NCBI GenBank assembly: GCA_043228905.1
Contig: JBHGNT010000002.1
Coordinates: 8,122,001-8,186,000, forward strand
Length of the DNA stretch: 64,000 nucleotides
Origin: Azolla caroliniana
Lineage: Eukaryota > Plantae > Polypodiophyta
Reading direction: 5' to 3'
Shown here: in pieces, positions 33,418-45,279 of the stretch
Layout: each line of letters begins with the position of its first letter
Position numbering within the stretch: the first letter of the stretch is position 1
The notes under the pieces: generated by a model
Database searches by the model: none
What the model was told of the DNA's origin: nothing
Seen by the model: the letters and a program-made list of their open reading frames with translations, nothing else
Program-made: the position numbers and the translations under genes

Positions 33418-35005
33418 AATTGTGTTACCCGTTCCTTTGGGTGAACACCTTCGATAGACCTGCGGCTATCGGTATCCAAGGGCGTGGTACGTGAAGGCTC
33501 GTAACAGAGGCGTCGTGAGGGAGGAAATGATCAGAGATAAAACACTAGCGAGATCTTGATAGACGTGGGCGGCGCTGAAATCATAAGTATGAGCCAAAGC
33601 ACAGACACATGGAGCAAAATGGACACAAATCAGATATATTACTGCAACACCAAAAGGATTACAGAACACGGCCTACGGCCGGTGACCTTACAGGATTATC
33701 TAGTTACGATGGACTAAGCTAGTGCTTCCGCCTATATTTTCTCCCTACGCTCTGAGGTACTGGACCTCATTTAAATAGCGTTTCCCCTAATACACAGCCG
33801 AGCTGTCGGTGGCCCGTGATACTCAGACTCGGCGCTCGCTAGCGTTCTTTCCTACTCGGTTACACTACCGCCATTTGCTAATTTCCTAATTTTACATTTT
33901 TGTCCTCTGGACAACAACGAATGTTGCGTGGGAAATTCAAACTTTTTGGCGCCAACAGTCGTTTCGTGACCTGTGGGATGATAGTAAGCCGCGAGACTCG
34001 CGGTGGTTACGCTTGCCCTGTAACGGCTAAATCTCCACAATGTTTAGTGTTAACCAAGCGAATCAACAAAAAATCGACTTAATTAAACTATGAAATAGTG
34101 AGGAAAAACAGAAAATGGTGGTTCTCTTGCGATTTCTTCCTTCGTTAAGTGGGTTGCCTCCGAGTTTTCGACTACTTGAAATAGGCTTCAAGCGTCGGTC
34201 GTATCCCCAGCAGCGGCACCAAATAGATGTTAAGGATCTATGTATCGATGGAGTAAGCTCCTCGATGTCGTGGCGGGATTCGGACCGGCGTGACAATATC
34301 TCTCTCACTCTCTCAAGCTATCTCTCATAGACAATAGGTTGATAGATATAGACAATAAGAAGGAAGAGTATGTTTATTAACCCTCTTTGCTAAGAGGTCT
34401 AGCACCAAGAAGGAGAGAGATTAGTGTTCTCTAACTAAACACCTCACTAATCTCTCTTAAGCTTAAAGGTTACAAGAAAGAGGAGAGGATGTTATGATAT
34501 GGCAAGACTCGAACCCATGACTTTATGCTACATGGGTCGTGCTCTTACCATTAGACTATGAATTGTATTTTGTAGGATATTATTTTCATTTATATTTTAT
34601 CATAGAAAATTGATGTATATTCCAGATCTCTCTGGAACATTCTAGAAGCTTCAGGATTATTCCTAAAAACACTATAAAAGGAGGCACAAGGCATTGTTTT
34701 GAACCAAATTGGTTCAACGCCAGTCTTAAGCCTCTTAGCCGCTTGTACTTATCTTTTCACATAATATATTAGCTGTTGTCATCATCTCTCTCTCTCTCTC
34801 TCTCATTCTCGCTATCTCTCTCTCTCCTCTTCTCACTTCCTCTCTCAAGAATCTTACGCAGTTCCGTCCTCTTAGTACTAATAGTACTGCTATTCTTTAG
34901 TACTAATTCCATCTCTGTTTTAGTACTATTCCTGACAGTTTGAACCAATTTTTCCTCTATCCTACTTGTCACTCTCCCTCATCCTCCTACCCTTTTCCTT
35001 ATACT

Positions 35006-36163
35006 ATGGCTACTGTTAGCGCCCAAGAATACCAATCCGTTTTCTCCGAGCTACAGTGCCTAAAAGAAAAATTTGTTGCCCTGGAACAAGAAAACCAACG
35101 GCTGATAGGGGATCTGCAACAAATCGCTCTAGAAAAACAACAAACGCAACAACAACATGGGGAGTTAGCATTACGGGTACAACAACTCGAAGCAGCGTTG
35201 CAACAACAAGGATCCAGTCCCCAAGGATTTCATAAAGAGCCCAAGATTGGACTTCCTATGAAATTTGATGGAACGCGTTCGCAATTCCGGGGATTCCTTA
35301 ATCAGGTACGCTTAGTCATCCAGATGCATCCTTCCCGATATCCCACCGATGCATCTCGAGTCGGCCTAATAGGCACGCTACTTAGCGGCTCAGCCTTGGC
35401 ATGGTTCGTTCCGCTTCTAGAAAAACAATCGCCCTTGCTTAATAACTTTGAAGATTTTATTGGTGAGTTTAAAGCCTGCTTTGGAGACACCGACAGCATC
35501 AGGACGGCGATCAACAAGATCCGGCGATTGTGTCAAGGCGATCGTCCAGCCTCTGCCTACGCGGCGGATTTCCGCCTACTTGCTTCAGACATACCCTGGG
35601 ATGATCAAGCACTAATGGAGCAGTTTCGCTATGGCTTGCAAAACGATGTCAAAGATCTACTTCTAACTTTCCCCGAAGAACCAAAGTCTCTTACGGAGGC
35701 AATCAGTCGAGTAGTTCGATGTGACAACCGCCTTTTTGAACGGCGTTCAGAACGTCAATTACAGATACCACGCTCTAGGCCAGAGCCCACTTACGCCGCA
35801 GTCGCGGCTAAACCGTTTGCACGAGACATACGTCAAGCAAATACTTCGACACCGATGGAAATCGATACCATGTGTCGACGCGGCCCGTTATCGGAAGAAG
35901 AAAAGCAATGACGACGTGCCAATCGATTATGTCTTTATTGCGGTGGACCAGGACATATCGCCATCAATTGTCCCCATAGGCCAAGAAGACAGGTAAATCA
36001 AATCGTCGCCTGTACTAAACCCGAGTCAATTCTTCCCTTCGGAGTGTCTGATAGTATTAATAGTACTAATAGAGTGTCAGATAGTATTCATAGTACTAAT
36101 AGCCCAAGTATCTCAAATAAATTTGAAATCCTTAGTCAATTAGATGAAGAGTTAAACGATTGA
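35006..36163 (+). pseudogene. gag: gag of J (one premature stop at 35909); candidate -1 frameshift heptamer GTTAAAC at 36151-36157
   Basis: KEPKIGLPMKFDG, PMEID and CLYCGGPGHIAINCP lie in one frame; pol starts in the -1 frame overlapping the gag stop. Confidence 0.85.
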
Positions 36164-39127
36164 TTCCAGCCAAAATAGGAGCCATTTGGTTGGACAGCAG
36201 CCCTAGATCTGTACAGCCCATTAGTGGTTCCATTCCTTCCAAGCAAGTTAGCAATGTGTTCCTAGCCCAAGTCATTGTTAGTACTAAAAGTACTCCCCCA
36301 GTACCCGTCCTAGCACTTTTAGATTCCAGAGCTAATTCCAGTTTCATGGATCGAAATTTTGCCCAAGCTTCTCAGATATCCTTAAGAAAACTTCCTTGTC
36401 CCGCATCTATAGTGGTCATTGATGGTCGTCCCATTGCTTCCGGAAATATTGTAGAAGAATCAGAACCCATTCAAGTTGTCCTAGGTAGTTTTGTGTGTAT
36501 AATATCATTTAATATAATTAGTAGTCCAGAGCATCCCATTGTCCTAGGATTACCTTGGCTTGAATTACATAATCCAACCATAGATTGGAGAACAAGAGAA
36601 GTCCGATATCGACCACCCCAAGAATCAACTCACCGCGTTTCGACCATTTCACTCCATCAACTACGCGAAGAAGGACCCAAGGAGGCAATGTTCCTATTTG
36701 CCATATCAGTACATCCTTCCATCACTATTAAGAAGGACTCCTCAGTACAACTTCCAGCAAAATATCATCCTTATGCTGATGTATTTGACAAGGTAAAAGC
36801 CGGTACTCTTCCTCATCACCGTCCCTATGATTGTCCCATCGATTTACAACCAGGAACCGAGCCACCATGGGGACCAATTTACAACTTGTCACCCACCGAG
36901 TTAGAAGTCCTTCGAGCCTACATAGAGGAGAACTTGGCAAGCGGGTTCATCCATCATTCGAAATCTCCGGCCGGTGCACCCATCTTCTTTGTCAAGAAGA
37001 AAGATGGCTCACTTCGTCTTGTCGTTGATTACCGCGGATTGAATAAAGTCACCATCCGGAATAGGTATGCATTTCCTCTTATATCAAGTCTTTTAGAGCG
37101 AGTTAATGGTGCCAAGTTTTTTACTAAAATCGACCTACGAGGAGCGTATAATCTCGTGCGGATCCGACCGGGAGATGAGTGGAAGACCGCTTTTCGCACG
37201 CGGTATGGGCATTTCGAGTATACTGTTATGCCGTTTGGCCTAACCAATGCACCCACAGTCTTCCAACACATGGCAAATGATATATTCAGAGACCTCTTGG
37301 ATATCTGTTTGATCATTTATCTGGATGATCTGTTGATTTATTCGAAGACCCAGGAAGAGCACGATTCTCATGTACTATTAGTACTAAAGCGACTCCGCGA
37401 GAATGGTCTTTATGCCAAGCTAGAAAAATGTAGCTTTGACTGCAAGCAAGTGGAATTTCTAGGCTACGTCATCTCCTCAAAGGGCATCGCCATGGATCCA
37501 GCTAAAATCCAAACTGTACTAGAGTGGCAAATTCCACGGTCGGTACGAGATGTACAATGTTTTCTAGGTTTTGCTAACTTCTACCGTAAGTTTATACAGG
37601 ATTACTCGAAGATTATTTTACCTCTCACACAACTTACGAAGAAGGGCCAAGCATTTCTTTGGTCCATCGAAGCAGATATGGCTTTTCGGCATCTTAAGAA
37701 AGCCTTTACATCAGCACCGATTCTAGCTCATGTGGATACAAGCAAACCATTCATCATGGAGGCCGACGCATCAGATTTCGCCCTCGGTAGCATCCTGTTC
37801 TCAGTCTCAACAACCAGGTATTGACTACCGACAATTCGAATATCATGATGGTTTGTTATTCTTTAAAAAGCGCGTATATGTCCCCAATTGCTCCTGTCCC
37901 CTTCAAATCGTCCAACATTGTCACGACACCCATACGGCGGGACATTTCGGTAGTACCAAGACGTTGGAGCTAGTGCAACGATCTTTTTGGTGGCCCCACA
38001 TGCGCCGTTTTGTCGACGACTACGTTCGGACCTGTGATGCTTGCTGCCGAGCAAAGATGCCACGACACCATCCATATGGCTTGTTGGAACCTTTACCAAT
38101 TCCAAGTAAGCCATGGCAGTCTATTTGTCTTGATTTTATCACAGATCTGCCGGTCTCGAAGGGGTTCGATGCTATCCTAACCGTCGTCGATCGATATACG
38201 AAGATGGCACATTTTGTGCCATGTACTAAAGTCATCACTAGCGAGGACACCGCCGCTCTTGTTATGCGTGAGGTATTTCGGCATCATGGCCTCCCAGACA
38301 GTATTATCAGTGACCGAGGCCCACAATTTGTCTCCAAATTTTGGCAGCATCTCTTCAGGATGCTCAAGGTCTCCTGCAACCTCTCCTCCGGCTACCATCC
38401 TCAGACCGACGGACAGGCGGAACGAACAAACCAAACGTTGGAGCAATATCTCCGGTGTTTCCTGAGTTATCAACAGGACAATTGGGCCGAGATTCTCCAC
38501 TTTGCGGAGTTTGCGTATAATAATGTTATTCACTCCTTGACTCGGGTCTCCCCATTTTTCGCTTATACCGGTTTCCATCCTCGCTGGTCGGTGATCAACA
38601 CTCCGGAGCTACCTACCAACCCTCGTGCCGAGGACCATTTGGAGAGGCTACGCAAGATCCAGATGGATCTCTCTACTCACCTTCATCATGCTCAACACAC
38701 ACAGAAGACTTATGCGGATCGTCATCGGATTCCCTCCTCTTTTGCCATCGGAGATCGAGTATGGCTCTTACGTCGTCACATCAAGACTACTCGACCGTGC
38801 GACAAGTTGGATTATCGACGACTAGGTCCTTTCCGTATTACGGGGAAGATTAATGATGTCACCTTCCGCCTTGATCTCCCTCCGCAGCTTCAGATACATC
38901 CGGTTTTCCATTGTTCTCTTCTTGAACCTTATAAAGCAAACACCATTCCCGATCGTGTGACACCACCGCCGCCCCCGCTGGAGTTGGACGTCGGCCCGGA
39001 GTATGAAGTTGCTGCCATCCTCAATTCCAAACTTGTTCGCAACAAACTTTATTACTTGGTTGATTGGCTCGGTTATAGTCCGAGCGAACGTACTTGGGAG
39101 CCCATCGAGAATGTTGCCAATGCATAA
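36160..39127 (+). pseudogene. pol: pol of J: protease, RT, truncated RNase H, integrase, chromodomain
   Basis: ALLDSRA, IYLDDLLIYS, EADASDFALG then a jump near 37800 to HCHD..GHFG..C..C, SDRGPQF, YEVAAIL...YLVDWLGY...TWEP. Confidence 0.9.
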
Positions 39128-40019
39128 GATCTTCTTGCTGATTTCCACCGAAAGTATCCGGACAAACCCGGTCCGCAATTAGCGCCGACTCGTTCCACTC
39201 GTCGTCTTTAAGGGGGAGATAGTGTTATGATATGGCAAGACTCGAACCCATGACTTTATGCTACATGGGTCGAGCTCTTACCATTAGACTATGAATTGTA
39301 TTTTGTAGGATATTATTTTCATTTATACTTTATCATAGAAAATTGATGTATATTCCAGATCTCTCTGGAACATTCTAGAAGCTTCAGGATTATTCCTAAA
39401 AACACTATAAAAGGAGGCACAAGGCATTGTTTTGAACCAAATTGGTTCAACGCCAGTCTTAAGCCTCTTAGCCGCTTGTACTTATCTTTTCACATAATAT
39501 ATTAGCTGTTGTCATCATCTCTCTCTCTCTCATTCTCGCTATCTCTCTCTCTCCTCTTCTCACTTCCTCTCTCAGGAATCTTACGCAGTCCCGTCCTCTT
39601 AGTACTAATAGTACTGCTATTATTTAGTACTAATTCCATCTCTGTTTTAGTACTATTCCTGACAGAGGAAGCTCTAGCTCTAATCATTAGGAGATCTTTA
39701 CAAATGGGAGAACCCCCACAAAACCACTACTATGTGGTTTATATAGCTTTCACGTTTAGGGTATGGGCCTTTCACACTTGACCGTCTCTTTGCTTTCCTT
39801 TCCTCTTGTCGTTTCCTCTTCGTACTACGTCCTTGTTGATGCGCTCCTTGTTGATGCGCTCTTATTAGTGACTGGTTGTGTTGTTATTCCAGCGCTTAAT
39901 ATGGTCCCGTTCGACCGACCCACGGGCGCGGATTACAACGTATACCTAAGATAGACGGTTACCTCATAAAATCGATATGCCCTCACTCCAAAGGGAATAT
40001 TGAGTGTGTCGGGATAGCA

Positions 40020-43000
40020 TGTATCTACCATGAGAGCTTAGATAATTCTATCAAAGTATGCAAATATGATGACTATAAGAGATACATATGGATAGAGGTT
40101 AATTTGGGGAAAGAGAAGTTGTATATAGTTGCATGTTACATTCCTCACAAAGACTCAAACTACTATAGTAGGTTTGGGTTAGATTGTGATGATCCTTTTA
40201 CAGAATTATGCCATGATATACTTTCATTTGAGAAGCTTGGTAAAATGGGAGACTTCAATGCAAGAGTTGGGAATTTCCAAAACGTGGAGACATTTGAAGA
40301 AAATGTAGTAGAACATTGTCTATTGTGTGACTTAGAGGATTGTGTCATGTCTGATTATGGAAAACTTTTGATACATATGTTAAATTGCACAAACTTGATT
40401 ATCCTAAATGGTATAAAGGCATTCCCATTGACAAATGTGCTCACATGTTTACCATCCTCGGGTGGAGGAATTGTGGTTGATTACGCATTAATGTTGGCAT
40501 GTGATCTATTATTGGTGAATGTGTTTAAAGTTGGTTCTCTATCTCCGGACTCAAACCACAAGACATTGTACCTAGAGGTTGCAATTCCACATTTCACCAA
40601 TAGATGCCATGGAGTGAAGGATGAAAAAAGATGTATGATCCGACCTTGCTACGAAAAAGCTAAGATGTTTGGAAATGAAGTGGAGAACCATTTGTTAAAT
40701 TTTTCTCTAAGCAAAGATGTTAAAGAAAATTGGCAACGTTTGAAGGATATCATCCTTAAGGCTGGGTATCAATACTTTAAGAGGCATGTGGGTGGGCATA
40801 AGACGTGTCGTTTTCCATGTAATTCTTGGTTCGACGATGAATGTAAGATGTATTTCAAATGGTTTAAGTCCATAGAGGGGGAAAATGAAAAGATTGTTGC
40901 ATGGAACCTATATAAGAAAATAGTGAGGAGAAAGAAAAGAAGATATTTCCAAATGCAAGAGATGAAAAAGAAAAACTTGTTTAATCTCAAACTAAAATTT
41001 GCATGGGGACAACTCAAGGGTAAGAAAGAATATGTGAAAGGCCACTTTACAAATGAAGAGACATTCGACTATGTACAAAGGCTATATATGCATGAAGGTG
41101 TGGCTCCTATGGTTGAGAAAATTGAAAGACCATGCACTACATGTATCGATATTGATGATGTCAATAAGGGAATAAAGAAGATGGCGAGTGGGAAAGCAGC
41201 AGATGCAACCTACATCTCAAGTGAGCTTTTAAAATGGACAATGCCACATACTCGTCATTGAATAATGAAAATTATAGAGCAAGCTATAAAACAAGGATTT
41301 CCAAATGATTGGCTTATGAACTGGGTTAAACCAATATTCAAAGTCAGAGATAAGAATCAAGTATCAAATTATCGTACAATAATGGTGAGCTAAACTATTG
41401 CTAAATTATATAGCACGATTATGGAGCAAAAGATAAGCACATGGGCTGAAAGTACAAGCAAAAGAGCACTTGGGCAAGCAGGATTTAGACCAAAACACTC
41501 CACTGTGGATCCTTTGGTCACATTGAGAGTAATCATGGAAGAGAGTCGACTACAAGGAAAAACACTTTATTGTTGTTTTGTTGATTTTAAGAAAGCTTTT
41601 GATACCGTACCACAAAGTGAGCTCTGGAATAGAATGGTAGAGATTGACATGCCATTAGAGTACCGAGTTGTTGTTGCACGCCTATATGAGCAAGTAAAAT
41701 GCCAACTAAAAATGGATAGTGGATTCTCAAAGCACTTTTTAAGTAACATGGGGATCAAGCAAGGATGTCCACTATCACCCACACTTTTTTACTTATGTAT
41801 TGATAAATTAGAAGAAGTGGTAAATAAGGTTGCAAGAGAAGAAGGATTGAATGCTCCCAAATTGATGCAACATGTTATCTTATTGCTTCTATATGTTGAT
41901 GATGTGGTACTCTTCTCATATGATGTTGATAGTATGCAAAATTTACTTGGGGTATTAGAAGAATTTTGCCATAGTAGTGGACTAGCAGTGAATGTGGAGA
42001 AAACAAAAATGATGGTAGTGCAAACCATCCAACCTCATCATTACCCTATGCTCACATATAGAGGTGAACATATACAATGTGTTCAAAGCTTTAAATATCT
42101 TGGTATTGATGTACCTGCCACAAATAAATGGAGTGCATGCTTTGATTCTAGGCTCCAAGCCAATTGGAAATCGTATTACCTTTTGGAGAACCAATGCAAC
42201 CAAAGTGATACTTGTGGATGGGAAGTAAAACTAATGTTGTTCAATCCCATGGTAACTCAAGTATTGCTTTATGGAGTAGAAGTATGGGGTGGCACCATCT
42301 CTCTTAATGCGTGGAATGAGATTGAGAAAATTCAAACGATGTTTTTGAGGCAATTAGGAGTTAAATGCACTACCTCTTACCAGGTTATGCTCTTGGAAAC
42401 AGGTGTTCGACCCATAGAACTATTGGCACTCCAAAAAGTATATAAATAAATTACAAAAGTCAAGAATATGCCGAATCATCGATTACCACATCTTGCTTGG
42501 AATGTTGGATATAAGCTACAAAAGAATCATAAAAGTAAGATTCTCTTATCCGGTTGGGTTGTTGACATAAGGAAATGGTTTAGAAGATGGGGTTTGGATG
42601 ATCTTTTGGAGCTTTCGGGCAATGTTATGTAGTATGTAATGATTGAGGAAAGGTTGGTGGAATCATTAAGGATGAAGTGGGAAGTGCTAAGAGGACAAAG
42701 CAAGAATACTACATTGCAAATGTCAACCCTCAATGTTGGTCTCAATATAAAGCAAGAATGCCTATTGATTGTATCCAACCTTATCTCATTACCAATATGA
42801 GTAGTAATGCTCGTAGAGCCCTTACATTACTTCGCACTCGATATCACAAGTTAGGTATTGAAGTTGCATCATGGTATCAAAATGTAACTAATTTGAAGAC
42901 ATGCAAAGTATGCAACGAAGGCATGGTAGAGGATGAATGTCACTTGCTCTTTAGATGCTCGGCATATAGTGAAATTCGTTCAAGATATGCTGACATACTA

Positions 43001-43226
43001 AGAGGGAGTGATAAATTCAGTGCCATACTTAAGACACCATCGAGAAGGTTGAGCTCATATGTGTATGCTTCATTCACACATAGAGACTTTGTGCTTCAAC
43101 ATATGAATACCCCTTCTTGGGAAGGAGACACATATCAAGAACACATGTATACTCTAGTCCCATAGGTCAAAATTGGCCTCTTTATGGACGATAAAAATTC
43201 TAATTCTCTCTCTCTCTCTCTCTCTC
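40020..43226 (+). mobile_element. LINE K1 (RTE/RTEX-like): APE endonuclease, RT, CCHC finger, (CT)n tail; degenerate, 5' end cut by element I
   Basis: GDFNARVG, QAGFRP, FVDFKKAFDTV, GIKQGCPLSPTLF, LYVDD, CKVC..EDECHLLFRC; several stops. Confidence 0.9.
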
Positions 43227-44300
43227 ACCAAAGTTCCTTCAAATCATAGATGGAATGAATGTGCTACACGCCGCTTAGAGGCGGGCAAACGAGCATACTA
43301 TGCATTTGAGAACACATGCAATCTTGGAGATATTAAGTGTTGGGTCCTCAAGAAATATCTTTTTGACACTTTGGTGACACCAGTTCTTCTCTATGGGGTG
43401 GAAGTATGGGGCGGTAGCATCCCTAAGTCTATGTGGAAAGAGTTTGAAAATGTCCAAAAGCATTTTCTTACCAAGTTTCTACAAGTTAAGAAACAAACGC
43501 CCTACACCCTCCTCCTCCTTGAGACGGGATCGCTTCCCATTGAGATCATGGCCATGGAAAGGGTTGTTGAATACATGCTTAAGGTTCAAAAAAGTCCCTC
43601 ACATCGACTTCCTAGAATTGCGTGGGAAGCAAGCAAAAAGATCCAAAAGACGCATAAAAGCAAAATTTTGTGTTCCGGTTGGATGCAAGATATAGAAAAA
43701 TGGTTTGGTAGATGGGATGCGAGACACTTGCTTCATGATGCATCATTAGATTCCTCTGTAAATGAGGCATTTTTGCAACGCCAATGTATCATGACATGGG
43801 ACAAATGTGGAGGCTCACACTTCACACATTATACTACACATGTTGCACCTAACTACAAAACCATATTCTTTGCGGAACGGGGAAATCGTACACATCCATA
43901 CATGTTAGAGCCCATACCGTTATCTGCCATTCGAACCATTGCTTCCATGCGACTTAGCTCACATGCATTGCGATGTGAAACAGGGCGTTGGGGTACAAGT
44001 GATGAGAGTGGTCGGCTATGCACACTTTGCCCTAAACAAGTTCGCGAGTCTGAGTATCACACTTTGATACAATGCTCTGCCTTTGATCATATTCGACCAT
44101 GCTTTCCACATCTCTTCGATCGAGCCCAATCTTTGCATGAATTCCTCTCACAACCACAATGTGCACTCTCGATTGCAACATTCATTGGTAAAGTTCTTGA
44201 ACATCGAGAGTCACTACTCACTTTCACACGTATCACGTGAAATGTAATATTTTTGGTCTCATAGGTCATATTTGATCTCCGAAGACGATAATATAATCTA

Positions 44301-44373
<73 letters not shown>
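43227..44373 (+). mobile_element. LINE K2: 5'-truncated copy of a related family with a long (CT)n tail
   Basis: PVLLYGVEVWGG, LLETG, RLCTLC..ESEYHTLIQC are homologous to the K1 C-terminus; reading frame open 43227-44240. Confidence 0.88.
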
Positions 44374-44375
<2 letters not shown>

Positions 44376-45279
44376 TTAGTGTGTTTCTTATTTCCCCTTG
44401 TTTAGGTTAACTTCTCCCTAGCTGTCGTGTGCCTATCCATACGCACTCCTTGATCCCACCACTTGGTCATAATACCTTAAACCCATTCCAACAATGCTTC
44501 CATTGTGATCCAAAATCTGCCAAGTCCCTAACAATGAGCTTTCCTCTCCCTTTTATAGGTTCTAGGAGGGTCCAAGTACCAAAATAGTAAGTTTCTTTTT
44601 GTAGCACTTGACCTCAAAAATTAGTTGACGCATAATTTTTACATCCCTTTCTAGTTTTATCGCATACCTTAATCATATATGTTCTTTACTATAGATCCCT
44701 TCATCATTCATTACAATATTTGAACCCTTAAACTTTCATTCATATTGTAAGTTATTTGATGATTAAGTTAAGTATTTTTTGTTTTCTTTAAGTTCATCCT
44801 ATCTCATGTCCTTCTTGTCATACCTTTACTCTTATCTTTCAATCGTTTATAGGTCTTGAGTTTGACACATTTCCTCTTGGAAGCATTCCCAATCAAGACA
44901 ACGTGTTGCATCAATATCCATTGGAGTGGGACCACCCTTCCTAATTGCTTTTAGTGCTTAGGTAGGGCTTGAAGATGGGTTGCTACCATTAATGCATAAG
45001 TTTACTCTATCTTTCAAAATAAAATTTGTTGTCATTCATAACACCACTTAAATAATTAATTATCACATTGTACTGCTCAACCAACAACCTCTGTTAGTGC
45101 TTTTAGATCTTTATGGAAAATCAAAAGTAAATCCCTCACAGCATTGCATAGCCTAGGACGGAATTAGTCCATTAAGGCCTCTTTATCCAGGGGGATCTCC
45201 TTGTCTTAATCTCCGAATCTTGTTGAATACAATTCTTGCACTATACCCAAATCTTAGTAGAAATTCTTTGAGGTAACCA

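Larger units (their letters stand above)
28426..33916 (-). mobile_element. Element H: internally deleted Ty3/gypsy (Tat-like, tRNA-Arg-primed) element with an extra 3' ORF
   Basis: 494-bp TG..CA LTRs at 28426-28919 and 33423-33916; perfect TSD acgaa; only the integrase C-half and a downstream ORF remain. Confidence 0.93.
34490..39664 (+). mobile_element. Element J: Tcn1/Tf1-like chromovirus LTR retrotransposon with an internal pol deletion
   Basis: LTRs 34490-34937 and 39223-39664 (TG..CA); perfect TSD gagga; PPT aagggggagatag at 39210-39222; no tRNA-type PBS. Confidence 0.95.
27879..40019 (-). mobile_element. Element I: 5' portion of an Athila-like element (5' LTR 34228-34489 + 39670-~40019, leader, start of gag), hosting H and J
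   Basis: Minus-strand PBS tggtgccgctgctgggga (34204-34221), a decayed form of the tRNA-Asp-type tggcgccgttgccgggga. Continuity across the H and J TSDs. Right LTR boundary inferred from a CA end before LINE sequence. Confidence 0.65.

Noticed and set aside
43173-44240. 355-aa ORF as a host or fusion gene
   Set aside because: Begins at a TTG in the K1 tail, crosses the CT tract and continues in the truncated K2 ORF
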